Shown one piece after another: positions 49,365-59,345 of a DNA stretch of 64,000 nt. The translations under genes were made by a program, and so were the position numbers. The first letter of the stretch is position 1, and the number at the start of each line of letters is the position of its first letter. Source of the stretch: Bdellovibrionales bacterium (GTDB lineage Bacteria; Bdellovibrionota; Bdellovibrionia; Bdellovibrionales; JAUICD01); assembly GCA_965262715.1 (NCBI GenBank), contig OZ253553.1:576001-640000 (forward strand). Reading direction: 5' to 3'. Below the pieces are notes generated by a model. The model had not been told where the DNA came from, searched no databases, and saw nothing but the letters and a program-made list of their open reading frames with translations.

Positions 49365-50711
49365 TCAATTGCGGTTTCTTTGCTTTGGTGGGGATATGAG
49401 TGGGTAAAAGTCAGAAGGGGTTAAAGCCTCAGCTTGTATATGTGTGGAAGCAAAAAACGCTAAGCTTTGACTTCTATCTAAGCCACCGTGGAGGCTTTTG
49501 ATACGGCCTTTTAACTTTGAAACAAGTTTAAGAAGAGGGTTTGCAAAAGCATAATCTTTATAAGTACTTACAAGCACAGAAGGGGACTGTTGGGCGTTTT
49601 TATAAAATCCTTCCCAAAGAGAGATAACTGCATAAGGGTACTGATTATTTAAGCTAAGATAGAAATATTCTTTCCAAGTCAGTGTTTTTGACTTTTGAAA
49701 ATACTTTAAATGTCCCAAAGGATCATGACCTGATATTAAAGAATACTGCAGAGTTTTTGAACCCTCATCTATCTGTATTTTAATATGCCCTTGGGTTTGA
49801 TGATGAGAAGACATTGAAGAGAAGATTTCTATTTCAGAACGGTTTTGAGAAAAGGCGGACAAATGCACTCCTTCTAATTGAGTCACATCTTTTGCTAAGG
49901 CTTTACGTTGAGAATCTTGACAATACAAGGCAGCAAAAGACAGAATTTCTGGTACGTGTAGGACAATATCTTTTAAATCTTTAAGATGATTTGAGAGGTT
50001 CCAGCCTTTCTCTGTCATTTTTTTATAATTGATAAATTTAGGTTTAACGTAAACATTTCCATGATCAGAAAATAAAGTGATTTTTAAAGGTTTTTTATGT
50101 TTTTTCATGATTTGTTTTTGAATTTGCAGCAGAGTTTGGTCTAAATGTTTGAGTAAATCCAGAATAAAACTTTCTCCTTTAAGATGTGCGAGGTAATCAG
50201 GAACAGAAAAATAAACTGCATAGAATTTTTGATCTTTTTTTAAAAAGTCCCTTTGAAAAATATCTACAAAATGCCGACTTGCAGTAAAACTCCATCCTAT
50301 AATAAATAATCTTTCTAAGGCAGTTTGAGGAATAAAATCAAAAAAATCATGCCATGAAAATTCTTGCACAGCTTTTAAGAGGTGACCTTTTATACGGCCT
50401 TTTCCATCAGCATAAGACTCACTCAAATCAAAATACTTATCAGTAGTAAAATCCTTAGTTACAGGTATTCGTAGTAGGCGGTTCCAATTAGGGCCAGAAA
50501 TTGTAGGAAAAGTGGATACCAGAGGCGCAAGAGTTACAAACTCTCTAAAGTATCCTCCCTTATACATCTTCTGAAAGGTTTGAAAGCCTATTCCATCTAA
50601 AGCAATTAACAAATGGCCAGATGTGTCATCTTCAGATTGAGATATAGGATTAGAGGCAAAAAGAGATAGGGAAAATATTGTTATAAAAAAGAGAATGAAT
50701 AGTGGTCTCAC
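49365..50711 (-). CDS. Secreted alkaline phosphatase superfamily protein
   Basis: IALDGI, STFPTIS, PDYLAH, FSDHG, HGGL. Confidence 0.8.
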   Translation of the reverse strand: MRPLFILFFITIFSLSLFASNPISQSEDDTSGHLLIALDGIGFQTFQKMYKGGYFREFVTLAPLVSTFPTISGPNWNRLLRIPVTKDFTTDKYFDLSESYADGKGRIKGHLLKAVQEFSWHDFFDFIPQTALERLFIIGWSFTASRHFVDIFQRDFLKKDQKFYAVYFSVPDYLAHLKGESFILDLLKHLDQTLLQIQKQIMKKHKKPLKITLFSDHGNVYVKPKFINYKKMTEKGWNLSNHLKDLKDIVLHVPEILSFAALYCQDSQRKALAKDVTQLEGVHLSAFSQNRSEIEIFSSMSSHHQTQGHIKIQIDEGSKTLQYSLISGHDPLGHLKYFQKSKTLTWKEYFYLSLNNQYPYAVISLWEGFYKNAQQSPSVLVSTYKDYAFANPLLKLVSKLKGRIKSLHGGLDRSQSLAFFASTHIQAEALTPSDFYPLISPPKQRNRN

Positions 50712-50835
50712 AATTTTTAGCTCCGCTTTTTGACAGACAAGTCCTTACTCACAGCTAACTTGTTTATCCGTAAGCTAACATATTTTATAATAAAGTATAC
50801 TTTTTAATGACATATTTTAAGTGAAATAAAATTGT

Positions 50836-52797
50836 TTATAGATTTGCAAGTTTTGCTTCTAATTGTTGTAACTGTAGAGCTCTTTTTGGAGATAGTTCTC
50901 CATTATAATTATGACGTCTCTTTGTATAGAAGAAGTGTATTTTGCAAAGTAGATTTGGACGAGTATCATTGTCATCTAGAAAATTTGAATCGTTATAATA
51001 ACTAAAGGGACATAAAAATTCATTGTCCCTGCTCAAATCGAGAAGTTCAAGTGCAACAACTTTTTCTGGTGAAGGAGGCTGGTCTTCTAATTGTCTTCTT
51101 CTAAAGTCAAAAAATCCTTCTATGATATCTAACGCGCCTGTATCTGGATGATCCTCTCCTTCTTCAACCATTAATCTATGTAGTTGTCTACTTACAAACC
51201 AGTAATCTACGAAGTACAAATCTATACGTATAGCTAGATCACGATGATTTGTATATATTTCATCAAAGAGATCATCTTCATTCAGATGATTTAAATCCCA
51301 TTCTTCAAATGTTCTTATCATACCTCTATATTGACTTTGACCAGATGTGATTGTATAGAAGAGGTGTGTTTTGCAGAGTAGGTTTGGATGGGTATCATCA
51401 AGGGTACCATCAAATAAATTGTTAAAACTACATAAAAATTCGTTGTTTTTTGTTAAATCGAGAAGTTCAAGCGCAACGGCTTTTTCTGATGAATGAGGTT
51501 GATTTTCTAATTGTCTTTTTCTACGGTTGAAAAGTTCTTCTATTGTGCGTAATGCCAGTGTGTCTGGGTGATCCACTTCTTTTGTGAGCCTTGATTCATT
51601 TAGTTTTCTGTTTACAAACCAATAATCTATGAAGTGCAAGTCTATATGTATAGCTAGATCACGATGATTTGTATATATTTCATTAAAGAGATCATCTGCA
51701 TTCAGATGATCTAAATCCAATTTTTCAAGTTTTCTTATCATACCCCTGTACCGATCTAGGTTACCTCCTTCTTCAGGTATTTTTATCATTGTATTTATAT
51801 ATTGAGTTGAATTGTCGCTTTCTTCAAATATTCTTATCATACCTCTATACTGACCCAAATCTCCTTCTTCAAATGTTCTTATCATCGTATTTATAGATTG
51901 AATTATATTTCCAGATTTAAACCACCTGCGAGACCATAATCTACCTATTGGATGATCCATTGTCTTTAAAAGTTCATCTGCAAAGCTTGTCATCTCTTCT
52001 TTTGTATATATTTGAACATTTTGATTTTCTTGATCTATTTGAACTCCGTGACCTACTGTAGTTACACTCAGTAGTGGGACACCTACAACACCTAAAGCAG
52101 TACGCGCTTTATTGTTTTGTACAAACTCAGCTTGTCTTTTTACAGCTTGGGCCCCTCTTGTTTGAGAGACAAACGATCTAACTTGAGGTGGTGTTAGTGC
52201 ACGGACGCCTGATCCTATCATACGGAATGTTCCAATAATCCCGCGAAGCACAAGGGGAAACACAAAGGCTGAAACTCTTTCGATAGCATAAAGTTGTAGG
52301 ATTCGCGCAAACCAGTTAGCTCTACTATCTACTCTTAAGATGGTGCTTCTCATGTTTTCAAGTAAATCTTCAAAGACTAAACCTCTCTCTTCTGCGCAAT
52401 CTCTTATAGCATCTTCAAATCTACTTTCATTTACGAACTCATTGACTTGGTTCATATTCGAAAAGAAAAATTTACGTTCACTTCCACCGCTAAAAATCCA
52501 ATCTTTAAAAGCACTGTATAAAGATATACGATCTATTGAGAGCCATGCGTCTATACCTTCTCGAAATCTGAAATCATCGATGTAGGGTTGTCTAAAAGTT
52601 GATGGCTGAATACGTTGGTCAAAATAGGAAGACTGATCTCTATAATATGTTGCTGCATAACAGAGTCTGTGAGCTATTCTATAAGTGGTCATTTGAGCGG
52701 ACTGAGAAAGTGACTGGCTTGCATGTGTAGAGTGAGAAGGGTAGAAGAAACAATAAATAATGAACAGTTTTAATATGTTTTTTTGATAATTTTTCAT
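50836..52797 (-). CDS. Exported hypothetical protein with a duplicated ~140-aa C-terminal domain
   Basis: Signal peptide; YRGMIR...EIYTNHRDLAI...DHPDT...PNLLCK.H.FYT occurs twice, 420 bp apart. Confidence 0.75.
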   Translation of the reverse strand: MKNYQKNILKLFIIYCFFYPSHSTHASQSLSQSAQMTTYRIAHRLCYAATYYRDQSSYFDQRIQPSTFRQPYIDDFRFREGIDAWLSIDRISLYSAFKDWIFSGGSERKFFFSNMNQVNEFVNESRFEDAIRDCAEERGLVFEDLLENMRSTILRVDSRANWFARILQLYAIERVSAFVFPLVLRGIIGTFRMIGSGVRALTPPQVRSFVSQTRGAQAVKRQAEFVQNNKARTALGVVGVPLLSVTTVGHGVQIDQENQNVQIYTKEEMTSFADELLKTMDHPIGRLWSRRWFKSGNIIQSINTMIRTFEEGDLGQYRGMIRIFEESDNSTQYINTMIKIPEEGGNLDRYRGMIRKLEKLDLDHLNADDLFNEIYTNHRDLAIHIDLHFIDYWFVNRKLNESRLTKEVDHPDTLALRTIEELFNRRKRQLENQPHSSEKAVALELLDLTKNNEFLCSFNNLFDGTLDDTHPNLLCKTHLFYTITSGQSQYRGMIRTFEEWDLNHLNEDDLFDEIYTNHRDLAIRIDLYFVDYWFVSRQLHRLMVEEGEDHPDTGALDIIEGFFDFRRRQLEDQPPSPEKVVALELLDLSRDNEFLCPFSYYNDSNFLDDNDTRPNLLCKIHFFYTKRRHNYNGELSPKRALQLQQLEAKLANL

Positions 52798-53294
52798 AAA
52801 ATACCGCAGTTTATTTATAGCCTTCTGTAAGACATAGGATGCTTTATTAATTTTGTCAATGATTTCACCCTATTTGTAAGAATTACATATTCCTTTTGTA
52901 AGTTTTACATAGTTTTTACCTAATATGATTTTTGGTTGTCAAGGCAAGACTTTGTGTTAAAGATTTTCACCTAAAGCTTAATTAACTTGTACCTATAAAT
53001 AATGAATGGGATTTATTGATGGTTGCCAAGAGTTTATCTTATTTTTTTGTATTTCTTATTTCATGTCACAACTTTGTCTTTTAAAGTTATAAAGGTTGCG
53101 TAAGGTCAGTTATGAAAGTGGTAAAAGGTATCTTCACTATAGACAAAGGTCAGGTCTTGTGTCGATGTGAGCTTAATGTCAAAGTTCATATTTGTGTAGC
53201 AAATCTGCTTAAGCTATAGCATTGATATTTTTGATAAAGGTATATCACCGGTTAATCGACAGATAACTGCGTCTTTCCATCCTAATTTGTTTCA

Positions 53295-53439
53295 ATTTAA
53301 CATGTCGTAAAATTGTACATTTTTCAATTTCCAACTTAAGTTTTAGTGCGTCTTAACCGAAAGACTTTAATAGTGGTTATCTAAGCTAACAGATATGAAT
53401 AATAGAAGAGGCACTTGTGACGATAAAAAATACATTAAT
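53295..53439 (+). repeat. 145-bp direct repeat, left copy (target-site duplication)
   Basis: Identical to 55396-55540. Confidence 0.95.
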
Positions 53440-55395
53440 CCTGAGTTTGACACTTAATTTGAATTTTCGTGATATTTTTTTCAAGGAATGTTGTATTTAT
53501 AGTCATTAGCGGTTATTGTGTTTGTATTTTGGTCAAAAAGTGTAGTGTACTTATTTATCATACACTACGCGTCATATACCTTATTTTCTTTTATTTTTTA
53601 TATTTTTCTTGTAATGTATTTTTATGTTCATAAGGTCTACAAGAAATCCGAGAGGAGACATATATTATCATCTTGTTGAGAGCTACAGATTAGGTTCTCA
53701 AGTGAAGCAAAGGATTCTAATGTCTTTAGGTAAAGCCGCGGATAAGGAAGTTAACTTGAAGAAGCTTCTAGAAGTATTATCTAAAGAGTTAGAGATAATT
53801 CCTGCTAGTAAGTTATTAAAAGAGATTGATGTTAAAGACACTTTTATATTAGGTCCCTTACTTATAATAGATGCTATTTTCAAACAATTAAATCTCTATG
53901 AATTATTAACAGATTTAAAACAAAAGCACCCTAAAGTACAATTTGATTTTGTTAAGATTATTTTTACATTGGTTATAAGCCGTTTTGTAGAGCCATGTTC
54001 TAAGCTTAAAGTATTTTCACACTGGCAGAAGTTATTTTACCCTGATTTTTTAGAAGAGGAGCTTCATCTTCAAGACATTTATCGTTCTTTAGATATTCTA
54101 AGTAAGCATAAGGAAGATATAGAGAAGACTCTTTATACACAAGGTAAGTCTCAGTTAAGTTTTTTCAATGAGTGTGATGTTATTTTGTATGATTTAACGA
54201 CATTGAGATTTGAGAGTACCCGAGAGGATTTAGATAATCTTCGAAGATTTGGTTATAGCAAAGAGAAGAGGAGTGATTGTACCCAGGTGGTATTTGGACT
54301 TTTAGTAGATAGAGAAGGTATGCCCTTAGGCTTTGATGTTTATCCTGGAAATACCTTTGAAGGTAAAACCATACCTTCAGTTATGGAGAAACTAAAAAAG
54401 AAGTTTAAGATCAGAAGATTTATATTAGTAGGAGATAGAGGTTTATTTTCTAATGAGAATTTACAATCTGTAAAAGCAAAGGGAGATGAATTTATAGTAG
54501 GATTAAAGCTAGGTTTATTAAAGGATCGTCATGCAGAGATATACAATTTAAAGAATTTTAAATTTATAAATGAAAATTTAGCTATATACGAGACGAGTTA
54601 TAATGATAATCGTTGTATAATTACCTGGTCAAGAAAGAGAGCAGAACGAGATAAGAAAGTAAGAGAAGATATTCTATCTAAGTTAGAAGATAAGCTTTCA
54701 AAATCGTCATCAAGCACAAAGGATTTTGTATCTAATAGCAATTATAAGAAGTATATTATTCATCCTAAGAGTAAAGGCAAGCCTACTTTAAATAAGTCAG
54801 CCATAGAACAATCAGAGAGGACAGATGGTTTTTTTGGAATCATTACAAATACAGATAGTTTAAGTTCTGAAGAGATTATAACGAACTATAAGCAATTATG
54901 GAAGGTAGAGAATTCATTTAGAGAATTGAAAGGTACATTAAAGACACGTCCTATGTTCCACTGGACAGATAAGAGGATCTTAGGACATTTAGTTGTGTGT
55001 TTTTTATCTTACTTATGTGAGGCTTATTTTTCAAAGAAGTTACATCAGAGAAACATCACATTAAAAGATAAAGCAATTACAGACAAGAGAATAAAGTCAA
55101 GGCCATTGAGTGTGGCAGAAGCTATGTCAAAGCTGAAAGAAGTACGAGCTATACCTGTGAGGGTAAAGGATAAGACACTTTGGATCAGAACAGATATTAA
55201 CGGTAACAATGCTGATGTATTTAAAGCTATAGGAGCAAAGATCCCATCAAAACAACTTAAAGTAGAATCTACTTAGACCTACAAACAATCTCTTAAATCT
55301 CTACCACAAAATCAAAATGTAGTGGTACAAAATCACACATCCACTGTAACTAACTAAAATAACTTAACTTTATTTTCGCAACTGTCAAACTCAGG
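53440..55395 (+). mobile_element. IS1634-family insertion sequence (1956 bp)
   Basis: Perfect 13-bp TIRs CCTGAGTTTGACA / TGTCAAACTCAGG, flanked by the 145-bp direct repeat. Confidence 0.95.
53624..55276 (+). CDS. IS1634-family DDE transposase
   Basis: YDLTTLRFES, FGYSKEKR, VGDRG, YKQLWKVENSFR, RPMFHW. Confidence 0.95.
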   Translation: MFIRSTRNPRGDIYYHLVESYRLGSQVKQRILMSLGKAADKEVNLKKLLEVLSKELEIIPASKLLKEIDVKDTFILGPLLIIDAIFKQLNLYELLTDLKQKHPKVQFDFVKIIFTLVISRFVEPCSKLKVFSHWQKLFYPDFLEEELHLQDIYRSLDILSKHKEDIEKTLYTQGKSQLSFFNECDVILYDLTTLRFESTREDLDNLRRFGYSKEKRSDCTQVVFGLLVDREGMPLGFDVYPGNTFEGKTIPSVMEKLKKKFKIRRFILVGDRGLFSNENLQSVKAKGDEFIVGLKLGLLKDRHAEIYNLKNFKFINENLAIYETSYNDNRCIITWSRKRAERDKKVREDILSKLEDKLSKSSSSTKDFVSNSNYKKYIIHPKSKGKPTLNKSAIEQSERTDGFFGIITNTDSLSSEEIITNYKQLWKVENSFRELKGTLKTRPMFHWTDKRILGHLVVCFLSYLCEAYFSKKLHQRNITLKDKAITDKRIKSRPLSVAEAMSKLKEVRAIPVRVKDKTLWIRTDINGNNADVFKAIGAKIPSKQLKVEST

Positions 55396-55436
55396 ATTTA
55401 ACATGTCGTAAAATTGTACATTTTTCAATTTCCAAC

Positions 55437-55463
55437 TTAAGTTTTAGTGCGTCTTAACCGAAA
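55437..55463 (+). promoter_or_regulatory. sigma28/FliA-like promoter candidate (duplicate at 53336-53362)
   Basis: TTAAG-N16-CCGAAA, ~55 bp upstream of GTG 55518. Confidence 0.5.
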
Positions 55464-55517
55464 GACTTTAATAGTGGTTATCTAAGCTAACAGATATGAA
55501 TAATAGAAGAGGCACTT

Positions 55518-57584
55518 GTGACGATAAAAAATACATTAATCTTTACTTTCATTTTTCTTGCTTTTTCTTTTCCTAATCAAGTTTCTGCACGCAGTTCTAC
55601 TTCTAAGATCAAAAAGCAGGTTAAAACTCAGAGCAATATATCTCAGAGGCAAATACCTTCTCATATAAAAAGAAAGGCTCTTGCACGCAGAGATCTAATA
55701 AGGAATTACAAAAAATTATCTGCAAAACAAAAACTGCACCTGCTTACTTCCATGGTAAGAACAATGGCTGCATTAGAGCTTGCACATAGCAGGCGTAGAG
55801 GCAGAGTTTCTACAAATTATCATGACTCTTTATTTCATCCTTTTTGGTCCTTATTTATTATGCGAGCTTATGCTGATGATAATAGCAATACCTGTTTTTT
55901 AGGTGGCCATTTGGTACCAACAAATGAGGGCGTTTGTGATTGGGGTGCTGCAAGGGCAGATGATCGTGTCAAATGTACATTCGGTGGAAACCCGGGGGTT
56001 AAATGTAATTCTGCTTTATTTCCCTCAAGCCCCTGTGTTAAAGACTTTAAATATGGACCGCGTATACTCAATTATAGTTCAACTCAAGCTTGTGCCTATG
56101 CTGATGCACATAATATTAAAAAGCATATTGAAGATGGTGGCAGAGATCTAACAAATATATCAGTAGACCCAAATATTGTATCAGAGCAATTAAATAAGCC
56201 TTCCCTTTGGGCATCAGCAAATCCAAATGTTTGGGTTGATGAGAGAGATAAACTATTAGATGGATATAAAGATGCATATGCATTACTTCTAGCAGGTCAT
56301 GATGATGGAGAGATTGTCATTCAGCTACAAGAAATTAAAGACAGATGTGAGAGTAATGTCTCTAATCGTTTTGAAAAGAAACATTGTGATGCTTTTGAAA
56401 AAGACTTAGATCATCTAGGCGTGATTGAATCAGAGCCATCTCCAGGTGAATCTGAAGATGATCCTTCACCAGGTGAAGAAGAGGGAAATGATGGGTGTTT
56501 TGCTTTTCATGAACTCCCTGGAGAGCACTTTTGTCAAGTGCGTGTAGCAACCGATCGTAGTCACAGTGAAAAAGATCATTTAATTGTCCGATTAGAAGGT
56601 ACTATCAATAATGCTGTTGCTGTGATAGACTCCCCTAGCAGAAATGCTGTTGCTGTGATAGACTCCCCTAGCAGAAATGCTGTTGCTGTGATAGACTCCC
56701 CTAGCAGAAATGCTGTTGTCTACCGTTTAGACAATGACAAATACTGTAAGGACTCTGGGTTTAAAGGTAAAAAAGCTTATTCTGAAAATACTTCAAATTT
56801 TTGGCACCCAAATGAGATATGTGGCGATGAAGCTTCTCACCCAGCATCCTTTTCTTATTTTGAAGTTAATCTTTCTATTGAGAAAAAGAATGGTAACAAT
56901 ATGTGTAAGTTTAATTTCTCTGACCATCAAGATGATCAACATTTATTGATCCCATTTAATCTAAGACTTTTAAAGGATTCCAGTAAGTTAAGTAACTTTC
57001 TTCCTGGTGTTAAAGTTCATTGTCCGTATATTAATATTGATGATGGTATTATTCCTAGAGGAAATGATACCCATATAAATTGTGCGCAACTTAAGAATAA
57101 GTTGAATGGTCCAACAAATGCTGATAAGTGTATAGATCCCGATGTAGTGGCCTTACGTGATGCTGCCAGCTCTTTGAAACACCTTGAGCAATGCAGTGGA
57201 GGACAAACCCTCACTATAAGGATAAGAAAAGGTAGAGGAGAATATCAACTATTAGATGATTGGTTGGAAGACCATCAATCTCTTGATGATGGGACATATG
57301 AAATAAAGATACAAAGAAAAAAGCCTGGTAGTAATAACACTTGGACAGGACATTATGAGTTTAATTCCCATCTTGGGGATACAGATGATCAATTTCCTCA
57401 TGGCCGAAAACATCGCACGATTTCAGATTGGCTTTATGGAAATGGAAAATCTGTGAATGATGCTGATGAAGGCGGTGGATTAAATGGCGTTGTCTCAGGA
57501 TTATGTCATCGACCACAGAGAACAAAGCTCCCACCACCACCATATCAAATTAGAGGGACTGGTAGTGGTGGACGTCCAGATTAG
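55518..57584 (+). CDS. Secreted Cys-rich hypothetical protein
   Basis: Signal peptide (VSA), basic N-region, CFLGG, many Cys, GAGG RBS. Confidence 0.8.
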   Translation: MTIKNTLIFTFIFLAFSFPNQVSARSSTSKIKKQVKTQSNISQRQIPSHIKRKALARRDLIRNYKKLSAKQKLHLLTSMVRTMAALELAHSRRRGRVSTNYHDSLFHPFWSLFIMRAYADDNSNTCFLGGHLVPTNEGVCDWGAARADDRVKCTFGGNPGVKCNSALFPSSPCVKDFKYGPRILNYSSTQACAYADAHNIKKHIEDGGRDLTNISVDPNIVSEQLNKPSLWASANPNVWVDERDKLLDGYKDAYALLLAGHDDGEIVIQLQEIKDRCESNVSNRFEKKHCDAFEKDLDHLGVIESEPSPGESEDDPSPGEEEGNDGCFAFHELPGEHFCQVRVATDRSHSEKDHLIVRLEGTINNAVAVIDSPSRNAVAVIDSPSRNAVAVIDSPSRNAVVYRLDNDKYCKDSGFKGKKAYSENTSNFWHPNEICGDEASHPASFSYFEVNLSIEKKNGNNMCKFNFSDHQDDQHLLIPFNLRLLKDSSKLSNFLPGVKVHCPYINIDDGIIPRGNDTHINCAQLKNKLNGPTNADKCIDPDVVALRDAASSLKHLEQCSGGQTLTIRIRKGRGEYQLLDDWLEDHQSLDDGTYEIKIQRKKPGSNNTWTGHYEFNSHLGDTDDQFPHGRKHRTISDWLYGNGKSVNDADEGGGLNGVVSGLCHRPQRTKLPPPPYQIRGTGSGGRPD
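56610..56718 (+). repeat. In-frame 33-bp tandem repeat x3.3
   Basis: (AATGCTGTTGCTGTGATAGACTCCCCTAGCAGA)3 = (NAVAVIDSPSR)3. Confidence 0.95.
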
Positions 57585-57679
57585 GATAGTGAAATAATAA
57601 AAATTCGATTTACAAAGGCTTTATTAAGAAGATATCAAAAGTTATCTTAAGAGTTTATCCTAAAAATAAGAATTTTTAT

Positions 57680-57783
57680 CTGGCAATCTGGTAGGCAGGA
57701 AATCCGGAAAACAGTTACCGGGAACTGTTTGCCAGAGTGCCTGTTTGCCGGAGTGCCTGAATGCCAGAAGCCATATCCCGGTA
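57680..57783. repeat. GC-rich palindromic repeat (family B)
   Basis: CTGGCAATCTGG...AACAGTTACCGGGAACTGTTTGCCAG...TTTGCCGGAG. Confidence 0.6.
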
Positions 57784-57800
57784 AAAAGAGTTCAAAAGTT

Positions 57801-59186
57801 TTATAAAGTATGGATGCTCAAAACATCTTCTGTTTCCATACCATAACGATAGGCAAGTTTTTGCAAATACTCAGCACTTTGCCCTGTCTCTTTTGACCAT
57901 ATAGGGATCATTTGCAAAGCTTTTTGAATTTGAGCAAAAGTGATTTTAGGATTGAGTGGTTCAAGAGTGCGAGAGTGTGTAAAGCCTAAACGATCCTGAA
58001 GAGGAAATGTTTTCAAAATATGATCTACAACATCTAAAGCTATTTTTCTATATGTTGTAAGTTTGCCTCCTGCTACAAAAGTGACATTTTGCAAATCCTG
58101 ACGATCTGTCCAAATTTTATGTCGACGACTTACCTGTGTTGAGATCATCTTATCATCTGCTTTAACCAGAGGTCTAATACCTGCATAGGCACCAATAATA
58201 TCTTTTCGAGTTACTTTCATCTTTGGAAAATAATTAATACATTGTGTCAGTAGATAATCAACATCTTCAGGTAAGACTTTTACTTCACTTGGGTCTTCCC
58301 GATAACTGGTTTCTGTTGTCCCAACAAGAAGAACATTGTCTCTTGGGATGACAAAGACAATACGAGAGTTCTTATCATCTGGTACAACCACGGCATGGTT
58401 GATGTTCAATTTTTCTTTTTTTAATACGATATGTACTCCTTTTGTTGGAAAAAGAGATGTTTTCCATTTTGCAAAGTTTTTTTGACCAAAAATATCTACC
58501 CATGGGCCCAAAGCTCCTACAAAATGTTTTGCGCGAACAATAAATTGTCTATTTGTTTTTACGCACCGCACTTGGACAGCTTCACACTGTTTATTTTTTA
58601 ATATGACTTTTTCTACAGAAGCATGTTGTAGACACAGAGCTCCTTGCCTTTGGGCAGATGTCATTGTCTCAATAGTTAATAGTTTGTCATCTGTATAGGC
58701 ATCTAAATAAATAAAGGAACCTAAAAGGTCTGTTTGCTTTAGAGGAACTTGGTAAAGAGTCTGTTTGACATTTAGCCTTCGATGTACAGCTAAACTCCCT
58801 CCGCCAAAGAAGGCTAATAGATCATAAAGACACATACCCACACTCATTTTGTTCATACCGATGCGAGATTTTTTATAAATAGGTACTACAAAAGGTAAAG
58901 GATGGACTAAATGAGGAGCAATTTCAAAAAGAATAGATCTCTCTCTCAAAGATTCTAATACCAATCCGATCTCTAAACGTTCTAAGTAGCGGATACCTCC
59001 ATGAATCAATTTACTGGATTTAGAACTTGTACCAGAGGCAAACTCACCTTTTTCAAATAGCGCAACTTTCATTAAGCGACTATTAGCATCTCTGGCAATT
59101 CCCGCTCCTGTAATCCCTCCACCAATAATGACTAAGTCAAAATATTGATCTTCAGCTTTAGAAATTTGTTTGTCTCTATTTTCCAT
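57801..59186 (-). CDS. glpD: FAD-dependent glycerol-3-phosphate dehydrogenase (C-terminus looks short)
   Basis: GGGITGAG, GTSSKSSKLIHGGIRYLE, KGVH, GIRPL, GGKLTTYR. Confidence 0.9.
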   Translation of the reverse strand: MENRDKQISKAEDQYFDLVIIGGGITGAGIARDANSRLMKVALFEKGEFASGTSSKSSKLIHGGIRYLERLEIGLVLESLRERSILFEIAPHLVHPLPFVVPIYKKSRIGMNKMSVGMCLYDLLAFFGGGSLAVHRRLNVKQTLYQVPLKQTDLLGSFIYLDAYTDDKLLTIETMTSAQRQGALCLQHASVEKVILKNKQCEAVQVRCVKTNRQFIVRAKHFVGALGPWVDIFGQKNFAKWKTSLFPTKGVHIVLKKEKLNINHAVVVPDDKNSRIVFVIPRDNVLLVGTTETSYREDPSEVKVLPEDVDYLLTQCINYFPKMKVTRKDIIGAYAGIRPLVKADDKMISTQVSRRHKIWTDRQDLQNVTFVAGGKLTTYRKIALDVVDHILKTFPLQDRLGFTHSRTLEPLNPKITFAQIQKALQMIPIWSKETGQSAEYLQKLAYRYGMETEDVLSIHTL

Positions 59187-59345
59187 AAAAATAGACTCAT
59201 CCTCAAAATCTGTAAAAAGTTGTATTCTAACTTTACAACCTCTTTACTTTATCATTATTTACTGTTAGGTTGCGTATCGAATTATAAAGACATAAATAAT
59301 ATAAGATTTGCTAGAAATACAACTAAAATTTATAAGGAGTGATAA

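Noticed and set aside
50740..50780. CAGCTAAC motif as a c-di-AMP (ydaO) riboswitch
   Set aside because: Only a short motif, on the wrong strand for the adjacent gene, with the other conserved elements absent.
56610..56718. 33-bp repeats as a CRISPR array
   Set aside because: Head-to-tail with no spacers, in frame within a CDS, and no cas genes in the window.
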